Shown here piece by piece: positions 13,830 to 26,809 of a stretch of 64,000 nucleotides of DNA (its first letter is position 1; each line of letters starts with the position of its first letter). Both the position numbers and the translations under genes were made by a program. The stretch comes from Octopus sinensis (Eukaryota). Where the stretch lies: positions 27,168,464 to 27,232,463 of the forward strand of contig NC_043011.1 in NCBI RefSeq assembly GCF_006345805.1. Reading direction: 5' to 3'. Under the pieces are notes generated by a model. That model was not told where the DNA came from. It worked only from the letters and a program-made list of their open reading frames with translations, and searched no databases.

Positions 13830-14500
13830 TATCATGCCCAATGGCATTACTGGTATTATTTTCATCTTCATGCCCTACATCTTGAATATCTCAATTTCGA
13901 TGTCTTTGTACTTTGGCAATTTCTCCACTTCTTTTTTGACAATATTTTGGTCAGAAGGGACTGCAATGTCTATCAATAAGCAGTTTTTTTTACAGTCCTT
14001 GATTATTATGCCTGGTTTATTAGCTGTTTGTTCTTTGCCGGTTTGAACGGGTATATCCCAGATGATTGTGGCCTGGTCAATGCCTTTTGCCTAGTTTGGG
14101 ACATGTTTATACCATCAATTTTTATATTGTAGTGTCGGCATATTGTCGATAACTACTTACTACGTCGTGTCTGTACATATATTCAGAGTTGGTAAGGCCT
14201 GGACAGTCAGAGATGATATGGTAAGCTGTTTTATTTTGCTGGTTGTACATTCTGTATTTGGTGTTAGGGTCTGTTTTCATTAATTTGCTTTTATAGCTGT
14301 TCGTAGTCAGACATTAATCTTGTGCAGCGAGAATCAGTCCTTCCGTTTCAGCTTTTAGTCTAGAGCTTTTAAGCCATTGCTAGTTTTTACTTAGGCTCAC
14401 TTCTTCTCCATCAAGCCTTGGAGGATATTGGCCATGCTTAGATTTTTCTCTCAATTTCATCTTTAGTATGCATAGTATAGTTCTATTTTCACGATGTCTT
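13830..14500 (-). mobile_element. Decayed R4/Dong-type C-terminal (CCHC/RLE) fragment (duplicated at about 20520-21185)
   Basis: The minus strand reads LKAETEGLILAAQD, HIISDCPGLTNSEYMYRHD and NKPGIIIKDCKKNCLLIDIAVPSDQNIVKKEVEKLPKYKDIEIEI. Confidence 0.8.
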
Positions 14501-14568
14501 TGTCTTTGACCATTTCTGCCATGTTGTCGTCTGAAGTAAGTGTATCAGTGTAGTTTGTTTATGTATTA

Positions 14569-14604
<36 letters not shown>

Positions 14605-14631
14605 TTATTGTTGTTGTTGTTGTTGTTATTA

Positions 14632-14682
<51 letters not shown>

Positions 14683-14696
14683 CATCATTATTATTA

Positions 14697-14986
14697 TTTT
14701 TATAGCGTGCTTTCATTTCACTACCGAGCGCAGCTCTGTGTGCCTTGGGTATGTGTTGTGATTTGTTGTGGTGCTCTGATGCTTACTGTATTGAAAGTGT
14801 TTTGCGTAGGAAGTGTGCAGTGCCAAGTAGTGCTCTATTTTCTGTATGTTATATGTGTTTTTAAGTCCTGATGTCTTTGTTATGTATTTGTCTGAATATG
14901 TTTTTTATCATACCTAATGCGCCTACTATGATAGGGATTGTTTCTGTTTTTAGATTCCCCATTCGAGTTACCTCTATTTCCAGGTC
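14697..14986 (-). mobile_element. 5'-truncated R4/Dong-type 3' end inside (AAT)n (duplicated at 21375-21661)
   Basis: The minus strand reads DLEIEVTRMGNLKTETIPIIVGALGMIK...LLGTAHFLRKTLSIQ* plus a 3' UTR. (AAT)n lies on both sides. Confidence 0.8.
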
Positions 14987-15038
<52 letters not shown>

Positions 15039-15230
15039 GTTATTATTACTATTTCTTTTATTTCAGTTGCTTCTGTCGTTGGACTGCAGTCGTGCTAGTG
15101 TTCATCTTTTAAGCTGTTACTTATTCTATCTTCCTTTTGACGGAGACGCAAACAAAGCAATACCAGTTATCAAGCGGTAGTAGGAGACAAATGCAAAGAC
15201 AGAAACTTAGATCAATATATATACATGCAC

Positions 15231-17707
15231 AAGTTGTCTGAATGGCCAACTCTGGAACACCCGACGTAGAACTGTCCATATGAAAAGCCTGACGTTCGAA
15301 GGTTCAATCCGACAACTTCCAGGGACTGACCTTGTGCTTTGTTAATTGTCATGGCGAAGCTGAGTTTGAGAAGGAACTGAAATTTCAGAATTTTGAACAG
15401 TGTATGTTTTGGGGGAAATGAGCGGGAATTTTCGGTTGCTGTCCTGTCACTACTTCATTTTCATAATTCTGAACAGTGTATTTTTTTGAGACAAACGGTT
15501 ATTGATCGAATTTACACACCAGTGGACAGTTGATCGAATTTTCTCTAGTGGACTGTTGATCGAATTTTTGCTAGTAGACAGTTGACCGACCGAATTTAGA
15601 CGAGTATACAGTTGATCGAATTTTCGCTAGTGGACAGTTGATCGAATTTTCGCTAGTGGACATTTGATCGAATTTGCACATGTAGACATTTGATCGAATT
15701 TTCGCTAGCAGACAGTTGATCGAATTTACGCCAGTGGATAGTTGATCGCATTTAGACCTGTGGACAGTAATTGACGAATTTGCGCTCGTGGAGAGTTGAT
15801 TGAATTTTCGCTAGTGAACAATTGATCGAATTTACACCAGTAGACAGTTGATCGAATTTAGACCAGGGGACTGTTGATCGAATTTTTGCTAGTGAACATT
15901 TGATCGTATTTTTGCTAGTGAACAGTTGATCGAATTTACATTAGTGGACAGTTGATCGAATTTTCGCTAGTGGACAGTTGATCGAATTTTCGCTAGCGGA
16001 CAGTTGATCGAATTTGCGCTAGGGACAGTTGATCGAATTTGCACATGTAGAACATTGATCGAATTTGCGCTAGATGACAGTTGATCGAATTTACGCCAGT
16101 GGATAGCTGATCGCATTAGACCAGGGACAGTTGATCGAATTTGGGCGAGTGGACAGTTGATTGAATTTTCGCTAGTGAACAATTGATCGAATTTACACCA
16201 GTGGACAGGTGATCGGATTTAGACTAGTGGACAGGTGATCGGATTTAGACTAGTGGACAATTGACCGAATTATCGCTAGTGGATGGTTGATCGAATTTTA
16301 TGCTATTGGACAGTTGATCGATTTACACAAGTGGACAGTTGATCGAATTTGCGCTAGTGGGCAGTTGATTGAAGTCACACTAGTGGACAGTTGATCGAAT
16401 TTGAGCTCGTGGAGACTTATCGAATTTAGACCAGTGGACCGTTGATCGAATTTGCGCTAGTGAACAGTTGATCGAATTTTCGCTAGTGGACAGTTGATCG
16501 AATTTAGACCAGTGGACAGTTGATCGAATTTTCGCTAGTGGACAGTTGATCGAATAACATTAGTGGACAGATGATAGAATTTAGACTAGTGGACAGTTGA
16601 TCGAATTTGCGTTAGTGACAGTTGATCGAATTTGCACATGTAGACATTTGATCGAATTTGCGCTAACAGACAGTTGATTGAATTTACGCCAGTGGATAGT
16701 TGATCGCATTTAGACCAGTGGACAGTGATCGAATTTTCGCTAGTGAACAATTGATCGAATTTACACCAGTGGACAGGTGATCGGATTTAGACTAGTGGAC
16801 AATTGACCGAATTTTCGCTAGTGGACGGTGATCGAATGTTATGCAATTGGACAGTTGATCGAATTTACACAAGTGGACAGTTGATCGAATTTGCGCTAGT
16901 GGGCAGTTGATTGAAGTTACAGCAATGGACAGACAGTTGATCGAATTTAGACTAGTGGACAGTTGATCGAATTTGCGCTCGTGGAGACTTGATCGAATTT
17001 AGACCAGTGGACAGTTGATCGAATTTGCGCTAGTGGACAGTTGATCAAATTTTCGCTAGTGGACAGTTCATCAAATTTACACCAGTGGATAGTTGATCGA
17101 ATTTAGACCAGTCGATAGTCGATCGAATTTTTGGTAGTGAACAGTTGATAGAATTTTCACTAGTGGAAAGTTTATTGAATTTTCGTTATTGGACAGTTGA
17201 TCGAATTTGCGCTAGTGGACAGCTGATCGAATTTACACCAATGGACAATTGATGGAATTTGCACAAGTAAAAAGTTAATCAAATTTACACCAGTGGACAT
17301 TTGATCGTATTTTCGCTAGTGGACAGTTGATCGAATTTACACCAGTGGAGAGTTGATCAGATTTAGAGCAGTGGACAGTTGATCGAATTTGCACAAGTAG
17401 ACAGATGATCGAATTTACACCAGTGGACAGTTGATCGAATTTAGACCATTAGATAGTTGATCGAATTTGCACATGTAGATAGTTGATCGAATTTAGACCA
17501 GTGGACAGTTGATCGAATTGCGCTAGTAGGCAGTTGACCGAATTACACCAGTGGACAGTTTGTATGTGTAGAAAATAGGATGAAAAATATTGATTTTAGC
17601 GGTTCAGGTAAATGGCCTGTCCAACTCACATTTTCCAGTGCTCCAACATGACCACGGCCGCATGGCTGAAATGAGTAACATATTACATACAATATATATA
17701 TGTATAA

Positions 17708-17762
<55 letters not shown>

Positions 17763-18127
17763 ATTATATATAGATAGATAGATAGATATATAAATAAATA
17801 TATATAATATATATACATATATTTTATATACATATATATCAGACACACATATAAATACATATATTATATGTATATACATACATACATACACACAATATAT
17901 GTATATATATATGATATATAATATACATATGTATAATATGTGTATATATGCATAATGTAATATATATATGTATATATGTATATATATATGATATATCTAA
18001 ATATACATAATATAATATATATACAAATATATATACATATAATATTATATATATATATGTGTGTATATCTATCTATGTATCTATTTCTATCTGTCTCTGT
18101 CTCTCTCTCTCTGTCTCTCTCTCTCTC

Positions 18128-18169
<42 letters not shown>

Positions 18170-18771
18170 CTGTGTGTGTGTTTTTGGGTTCGGATTTGCT
18201 TCCACACCACTTGACGACCGATGTCCGTTTGCTTACATCGCCGTAACGTAGCGGTTTGACTACAAAACCGAGGATCAAGTACCTGACTGCAAAAGCAAAA
18301 TAAGTACTGAAATAGATCTGATCGACTAAACCTCTTCAGGTAGCGCCCGAACAAACCTGCTGTCCAATGATTGCTACAAGTCAAACATATTAACGTAGAT
18401 AAGGAAAAACTCTCAGAGAACAACAAAACTTTAAGATTACCAATCCACGTAGACAGGGAATTCAAATTGATCCGATGTTTTGATTCTTTGTTTTATATCC
18501 AAACATGAATGTTTTTTATAAGCTTATAAAGAAAAGGATGCATATTTTTTCTGCGTTTTGATTCCTCTCCATTGTGAAAAATAAATATTAGTAACAATCG
18601 TGTGAACAGAGAGATAAGCCTCCATACTGCTTTACACTCTAATACAAACGCATACACACATCAACCTAATACATGTACACACATATAGTACTATTCGCGA
18701 TATACATATACATATAATTTGTATGTATGTATGTATGTATGTATGTATGTATGTATGTATGTATGTATGAG

Positions 18772-18803
<32 letters not shown>

Positions 18804-19472
18804 TGGTGGCGTGTGTGTGTGTGGCTGGGTGTGCGTGTGTGAATGTAATGTATATATGTGCTTAAACGATCCTCGGTCTATGTGTGTATTTATGTTCGTA
18901 TTGTGACAGTGCGTTTGTGCATGAGTTGTGCAGCTCTGTCACTCTATACAGAAATCTTATTAAAAGTACTGCTGTATTTATTTCGTTTTTATATCTTTTT
19001 GACCTCTGGAAACACTTTTAGAATATATATGAAACATTAGAGCTATGTTATTACTATTGAAATACTCCTAATGTATGCATCTTATGATAGTAAACTCTGT
19101 CTTCTTTAATTCGTCCTGCCGTGGGAAATTACGCTTACGAAAGTTGCTGATTGCATGCATTAAACTGTGACTGAGAAACTAAACCTATATCTGTAGATAG
19201 AATTCCCCAAAGAAGGTCACTAAATCTTCGACAAACAGACTAATTTCCAACTAATTCCATCACACAAAATTGAATAATCAAAAACAGTACAAAAGTAAGC
19301 CAGTTTATCCAGCATTTTGTATATGTTCCGTATTTGAATTCTCTTAAACTATTTCTGTTCCATATCTTCACCCCACGTCAGTTTCCGTCTTGCTTTGTAT
19401 TTTTATCTCAGAATTTCTCTCAAACAATCTCTCACTGTTCCTCTCTGTTCTTATATTTCCGCCTCCACTCTC

Positions 19473-19506
<34 letters not shown>

Positions 19507-21254
19507 TGTACGTATATATGTATATATAAAATAATAATAAATAGTTGTTGTAATAATAAGAATAGTAATAATTTTTGGGAGGGGATTCTCGCGTCGAAGA
19601 CGACGAATGAGTGTTCAGCTTTTTGCTGAACGACCTGTACAAATGATTTGTTTACAGTGATCAAATGTACAGGGTGGACCAAAATGATCTGACACATTTG
19701 GAGGCTTAATAAAAGCACAAAATAAGAAATAATGAAAAGAAAAGTTTTATTTTCTGAATGTACACATAATGCCATTTTATTCCATTAAGTTTTAAAAATT
19801 AAATAAGCTAAATGCTTCCCATCATTGTCAACACACTGTTGGAGACGTTCATGAAAGTTATGTATCATTTCTTCTGGAATGGTGAAAAGTGATTTCTTTT
19901 TGTGGGGATATTTAAAATCAAAAGTATTCAGTCATCACCCTCGATCTATTGATGAATTAAAACGTGCAATTTGTGTAGAAATAGCAACCATTCCCTCTTT
20001 TCATATTAAGTTCAGAGCATTTGATAATCCCAAATTCCATGCCGATGTCCCTACCGCACTTCTGGACTGTTTTGGTTATAGAACCTAGCTATTTTTCAGA
20101 TTTCCCAAACATTTTCAGGTCATCCATAAACAGAAGATAGTTCAATGATAGGCCTTTCTTCCCACATTGGTAACCCATCTTAACTTTCCTATGTGTCATT
20201 ATTAACGGAGAAAACGAATCACCTTGGAAGATTCACCTTTTAATATTAACTTCTCCAAGAAATACATTACTTGAGTACAATTTGATTTTCCCCTCTTTCA
20301 TGCTATGCATCAGAAACTTTGTGATGATGTCAGCAACAACACCAAACGACTGCAGGCTTTCAATGATCCAAGAATGAGGTATCATATCATGTCTTCTTTA
20401 AATCAATCCAAGCCATAGAATGTTTGTATGATGTTTTTTACAATGTCTCAAAACTGTTTTATCGATGACCAGATGATCCTGGTACCCTGAGAACTCTTCC
20501 TACATTGTTTTTTTTTATCATGCCCAATGGCATTACTGGTATTATTTTCATCTTCATGCCCTACATCTTGAATATCTCAATTTCGATGTCTTTGTACTTT
20601 GGCAATTTCTCCACTTCTTTTTTGACAATATTTTGGTCAGAAGGGACTGCAATGTCTATCAATAAGCAGTTTTTTTTACAGTCCTTGATTATTATGCCTG
20701 GTTTATTAGCTGTTTGTTCTTTGCCGGTTTGAACGGGTATATCCCAGATGATTGTGGCCTGGTCAATGCCTTTTGCCTAGTTTGGGACATGTTTATACCA
20801 TCAATTTTTATATTGTAGTGTCGGCATATTGTCGATAACTACTTACTACGTCGTGTCTGTACATATATTCAGAGTTGGTAAGGCCTGGACAGTCAGAGAT
20901 GATATGGTAAGCTGTTTTATTTTGCTGGTTGTACATTCTGTATTTGGTGTTAGGGTCTGTTTTTTTCATTATTGCTTTTATAGCTGTTCGTAGTCAGACA
21001 TTAATCTTGTGTAGCGAGAATCAGTCCTTCCGTTTCAGCTTTTAGTCTAGAGCTTTTAAGCCATTGCTAGTTTTACTTAGGCTCACTTCTTCTCCATCAA
21101 GCCTTGGAGGATATTGGCCATGCTTAGATTTTTCTCTCAATTTCATCTTTAGTATGCATAGTATAGTTCTATTTTCACGATGTCTTTGTCTTTGACCATT
21201 TCTGCCATGTTGTCGTCTGAAGTAAGTGTATCAGTGTAGTTTGTTTATGTATTA

Positions 21255-21290
<36 letters not shown>

Positions 21291-21307
21291 TAGTGTGGTT
21301 GTTGTTG

Positions 21308-21359
<52 letters not shown>

Positions 21360-21661
21360 CATCATTATTATTATTTTTATAGCGTGCTTTCATTTCACTA
21401 CCGAGCGCAGCTCTGTGTGCCTTGGGTATGTGTTGTGATTTGTTGTGGTGCTCTGATGCTTACTGTATTGAAAGTGTTTGCGTAGGAAGTGTGCAGTGCC
21501 AAGTAGTGCTCTATTTTCTGTATGTATATGTGTTTTTAAGTCCTGATGTCTTTGTTATGTATTTGTCTGAATATGTTTTTTATCATACCTAATGCGCCTA
21601 CTATGATAGGGATTGTTTCTGTTTTTAGATTCCCCATTCGAGTTACCTCTATTTCCAGGTC

Positions 21662-21725
<64 letters not shown>

Positions 21726-21917
21726 GTTATTATTACTATTTCTTTTATTTCAGTTGCTTCTGTCGTTGGACTGCAGTCGTGCTAGTGTTCATCTTTTAAG
21801 CTGTTACTTATTCTATCTTCCTTTTGACGGAGACGCAAACAAACCAATACTAGTTATCAAGCGGTAGTAGGAGACAAATGCAAAGACAGAAACTTAGATC
21901 AATATATATACATGCAC
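15231..21917 (+). repeat. Segmental tandem duplication, copy 2 (~6.7 kb)
   Basis: Colinear with 8006-15230. It has a shorter satellite, a 27-bp deletion near 20203 and many 1-bp indels. Confidence 0.95.
15502..17560 (+). repeat. 26-bp minisatellite, second copy (~79 units)
   Basis: Same units and variant order as 8277-10762, minus one 2-unit block and one 14-unit block. Confidence 0.95.
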
Positions 21918-21954
21918 ACTATCTGAAGGAATGACTACCATGATGCATGACAGT

Positions 21955-22252
21955 GAACCGGTGGGTGAACTGAGCCGTGATGTCCTTCTCCCAACTCCAC
22001 TTCCCAACTGGCGGAAACGCGCGGGCGGGCAGCTGAAGACCTGGGTTACGACGATCAAGGAGGACCTCTCCGTGCTCACGGGACCGCAGGTGGTCGGCCT
22101 GCGCCGACGGAACCATGACTGGCTCGCTATCTCCAGTGAACTGGCGCAGGACCGTCGTGCGTGGGCTGCCATGTTTCGAGATGTCTCGAGGGTTGTAGAA
22201 GAAGCCGACTCAACCCGCCCAGGGTGAATGTCGCCACAAGTACAAGTAAGTA
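21955..22252 (+). mobile_element. RTE-clade LINE 3' end
   Basis: Reads ...LLPTPLPNWRKRAGGQLKTWVTTIKEDL...ELAQDRRAWAAM...STRPG* (RTE C-terminal AQDR..W motif), followed by a (CAAGTA)-repeat tail. It is visibly GC-rich. Confidence 0.85.
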
Positions 22253-22891
22253 CATGATGTATACATCAAAGGCGTGTCTTAACCAACCGGTATTCACACA
22301 TTTTTAAGCAAGATATGCTAGTTGAGCACACCAATAAGAAACATCAATGCGGTGCAAACATAACAGACTTGATTTTGTTCTGTGAGGCAACAAAAGTTAT
22401 GCCCTGTTGTAGGGGTTAGCTGCCTACTAAATATGAATGTCCCCTCAAAGTCCAGTAACAAGAGGACATTTATGGCAAATTAAACCGGAACTTACAGCTC
22501 TTGTGTCCTGACTGTGAATTACAGTCTCATTTGTACCTATCATCATTGGTACATTAGGTTATGTACCAACAAATTTGCACAAAAATCTAGAAATACTCGG
22601 TTTGGCGGAGAGAGAGTGCAAAAGAAACTGCAAAAGAAATTCTCCAAAGCCAATCTATCCGTGATACAGTGAAAATTTGTAAGATATTCCTCAAAAACTT
22701 CTATCCGAGATTCTTAAGTGAATAGATGCACACACTTGGGTGCATGCATCAGCAGTTCAACGAACGCACCAACTCAACCATATATTTACAAACACCGGGA
22801 AGCATCTTTAGTCAAAAAGTCTTGTAGTTTCGTTAGCAACTGGTCTGAACTGTCTCAAGAACTTGAATAAAGCTGAAAGAAGAAAGATCAT

Positions 22892-22938
<47 letters not shown>

Positions 22939-22941
<3 letters not shown>

Positions 22942-23486
22942 TAATACACAAATATGAGAGAGATTCCACTATGTGGACGCTCTTACGCTAGATATAGATC
23001 CGCAAGGGTCTGAACCACTAAGAATTGTTCTCGAGAAAAATTTAGCACACTAAGAACGTAAGCGAGCAGGACAAATGAAAAATAACAAAAATATAGATTA
23101 ACCCCTTATGCAGTATCCATTTCCGGGAATTTGGCGCGCTAGAACGAGGGCATTTGAATGTAACTGTGAATATAATAGGCCGAACTACTCATGTCTTTAA
23201 CCTCGTGTTAATATGTAGCGTGCAGTTCGACAATTATATTTTACGACGTACCTCACCGATGATCTGAGGATAATTATGTAAGTAAAATTGCATAATTATT
23301 AACAGTGAAACAATTGTATGGGGTTAATCTATATTTTTGTTATTTTTTATTTGTCCTGCTCGCTTACGTTCTTAGTGTGCTAAATTTTTCTCGAGAACAA
23401 TTCTTAGTGGTTCAGACCCTTGCGGATCTATATCTAGCGTAAGAGCGTCCACATAGTGGATTCTCTCTCATATTTGTGTATTAATA
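22939..23486. mobile_element. Foldback/MITE-like element with ~167-bp terminal inverted repeats, abutting (TA)n
   Basis: 22939-23105 is the reverse complement of 23320-23486 with two mismatches that I could see, around a ~215-bp spacer. Confidence 0.8.
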
Positions 23487-23591
23487 ATATTTACTGAATC
23501 TCAGTCGTTTATGCGTTAGACCACTGGTGATTAAATTGGTGTTATTAAATTAATATCTAAGTTTTTCACCCTCATTTTGATATATTAAATA

Positions 23592-23638
<47 letters not shown>

Positions 23639-23728
23639 TATATATATATAATAAATATTAGGGAATAAATCCAAACTTACAGGGAAAAATCAGATTTAGG
23701 ATTGAATCCAATTTTATAGTAAAATATT

Positions 23729-24006
23729 ATATTATATTAAATTAGAGACAAAACCACTATTAGGCAAATCAAACAATGAAAAACTTAAGCCAACACATAT
23801 GATTAATTTATATATTTAAAAATGACTGCGACTCAAAAATTTGAAGATGTTAGCAGGCATGAAACGATCGTAGTGTGATATTAATTATATTTTTTTAATA
23901 ATTTTGTTATATATTTAAATAATATAAATTAATCATATGTATTGGCTTAAGTTTTTCATTGTTTGATTTGCCTAATAGTGGTTTTGTCTCTAATTTAATA
24001 TAATAT
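23729..24006. mobile_element. Second foldback element with ~85-bp inverted arms, ending in (TA)n
   Basis: attatattaaattagagacaaaaccactattaggc...catatgattaatttatat (23729-23813) is mirrored at 23922-24006 with one visible mismatch. Confidence 0.7.
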
Positions 24007-24022
24007 ATATATATTATATATA

Positions 24023-24088
<66 letters not shown>

Positions 24089-24101
24089 TATAATATATAT
24101 G

Positions 24102-24149
<48 letters not shown>

Positions 24150-24484
24150 GTATATATATATGTATATATGTGTGCATATGTATATATATATACACACATA
24201 TATACATGTATGTGTGTATAAATGTATTTATATGTATGAGTGTATATATATATATATATATATATCTATATATATATATACTATGTATGTATTGCTTTTG
24301 TATTTGTTTTGTAAGATTCTTAATATGAAATTGTGCGTTGAAATAAATACTGTACTTTGAAAGGGCCATAGTACTATTAAAATGGGAACATTTTCAGTGA
24401 TAAGGTACTAGATTGATGAAAGACCTTTTACAACCCAATTAATCAATTATTTCATTGACTAGAAAATTATATAATTACCTAATT

Positions 24485-24697
24485 ATGTTTTCAAAATTGG
24501 CACCAGGCCAGCGATTTTTGTGGATAGTGGGAAGCCGATTATAACTACCCCAGTGAGTAACTGGTACTTATTTTATCGACCCCGAAAGGACGAAAGGTAA
24601 ACTCGATCTCGGAGAAATTTGAGCTCAGAACATAAAGATGGACGAAACGTTACTAAGTATTTTATCCAGCATGCTAATAATTCCGCCAGCCCTTCCC
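24485..24697 (-). mobile_element. SINE family A
   Basis: ggtacttattttatcgaccccgaaaggacgaaagg...aaatttgagctcagaac...ttccgccagc. Confidence 0.75.
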
Positions 24698-24986
24698 ATT
24701 TAATTAATTAATTAATTAATTAATTAATTATAAAGCTGAAATGAAATACAGGCAATACAGGCTAGTATTAACAGCATGAAACTTTCGATGGACGCGCACG
24801 CACACGCACACAGACATACACATGTATGTTGAAATCTGATGCGATAAAAATATATGTTAAGACATACATATACCATTAAGGACATCAAATTCTCCCCAGA
24901 GAGAATTTTGTTTCGTCATACGAACGGTGATGGAAAATAGAGGCGAAATAGAGAATGTTCACAGCACTTCACAATATCATTAGAAC

Positions 24987-25663
24987 CAGTGGCGGCTCGT
25001 AGATAAAATTAGTGGGGGTGCTGCTTCAGAAAATTTTTAGCCTTTGTTTTAATATCGTGTGAAAGAAAACAAACATAAACTTGATCAGTTCGCATTTTAG
25101 CCATTGCCGGGTAGTGTGTTTAATTTGTTCAGTGAACACCAGCGCAAATTTCCTATTGTTTTTCAAAAATCCCCTCAAATCACAAAATAAGGTGGGGGTG
25201 GAAATGTATCTCCATTTTCCAAATCCTGGCAGCAATACTGAAGCTGGAAGCAGTATAATCTAATTCTACAATTCATCAAGTTCAAGAATATAAACATGTT
25301 TTTAAGCACAACACACGCGTAGTGAAAAAAAAACACTATCACCAGCATGCAGCGGTCGGCACTGCGTGAATGACAGTGCTCTCTCTCCCTAGCGTGAAGC
25401 TTCCTATCTCGGACATGTGAGCATGCGCACAACAGCCAAACACTGTGTTGCTGGAAGTGTGAAGTGCACAGTTCTATACAAGGATTTTTGTATTTTTTCA
25501 TAAACTAGGGGTTGGCTACTGACATTAAGCTTAAGGATTATATAATGTACAAGTATAAAGAAAGAATTAAAGAAAATAGGACTCATTATATTGGATGTTA
25601 TCGATAATATCGAGTGGAAATAGGGGGTGCTGCAGTTCCGCAGTTCCTATACACGAGTCGCTG
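24987..25663. mobile_element. Possible non-autonomous hAT-like element
   Basis: Left end cagtggcggctcgt, right end acgagtcgctg, with subterminal gggggtgctgc near both ends. No target-site duplication found. Confidence 0.3.
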
Positions 25664-25803
25664 ATTGATACTATACAAATAGTTCTATTGATAGTGGCGA
25701 ATTTTGAAGACTGCTTCGTTAAGGTGATCGCTTTGCAGTCATATGTTTTCGGGTTTAGTCCCACTACGCAGTATCTTCTATTCTAGTGCCGGGCCGACCA
25801 GTG

Positions 25804-25999
25804 CAGTGGCGTATGGTGGTTGTTGTATCGGGTGCGTTGTCACGCCCAATTTCACCAAATTTCAAGCAGATGTATAACAAAAGTTTTCTTTAAGATTTGT
25901 AATTGAATTAATGAGTAAGGTTAATATTATTATGAATTTGCCATTTTCGGTGGGTGTGCAGCACACACTTCGCACGCACACCCGGAATATACGCCTCTG
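25804..25999. mobile_element. 196-bp hAT-type MITE
   Basis: TIRs cagtggcgta / tacgcctctg, flanked by the 8-bp repeats gaccagtg (25796-25803) and gaccaatg (26000-26007), a 7/8 match to an 8-bp TSD. Confidence 0.7.
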
Positions 26000-26052
26000 G
26001 ACCAATGCCTGATAAATGAATTCCATAGTAGGAAACTGTGTGGGAGCCCGTC

Positions 26053-26119
<67 letters not shown>

Positions 26120-26120
<1 letters not shown>

Positions 26121-26700
26121 TAGCATTATGACCCGTCTTTGCCGGGTCGTAGTGCTAGTGCATGTATATATGTGTACATATTACATGTACATCTATGCAT
26201 AAAATACAAAATACAAAGTTATATCTTGATATCGCTAGTGATAACAATACTGAAAATATATAACAGACTGGAATTGTAGGACTATTCCATTTCTGCACGC
26301 TAATTTTATTTTAAATTTATTCCCATTCATTATTGATGCAATTTTATACCAATTGCTATTTTTACTTTTGTTATGTTACGATTATATTATACTTTAGTTT
26401 GATTTTAATTATTACTTACTACATATAATTCAATTGTTATTATTATCTCTAATTTTTATTGTTAAAGTGAAAGTATCTGACATAGAATAGAGAAATGTTT
26501 TTGTTTCACTTTTAACACGTAATACTGAAATAGTGGAGAAGATATGATATTGCTATGGGCTCGCCCTAGGCAAGAAGTTGAACATTTCTTTTGCCCACGA
26601 AACTACATGGACCCTAAGTAAGGCAGGTATAAAATTTGAATGAAATTGGTTGTGTAGTTCTCAAGTTTTAGGGAATCGTAGTGGAGAAGATATGATATTG
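26120..26700 (-). mobile_element. Non-autonomous Helitron-like element (3' end at 26120; 5' limit uncertain)
   Basis: The minus strand ends gacccggcaaagacgggtc (hairpin)-ataatg-CTAG followed by T. Confidence 0.55.
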
Positions 26701-26809
26701 CTGTGTTCATCTTTTAAGCTGTTACTTATTCTATCTTCCTTTTGACGGAGACGCAAACAAACCAATACCAGTTATCAAGCGGTAGTAGGAGACAAATGCA
26801 AAGACAGAT

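Larger units (their letters stand above)
8006..15230 (+). repeat. Segmental tandem duplication, copy 1 (~7.2 kb)
   Basis: Begins aagttgtctgaatggccaactctgg and ends atatatacatgcac. The same start recurs at 15231 and the same end at 21917, with colinear content throughout. Confidence 0.95.
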
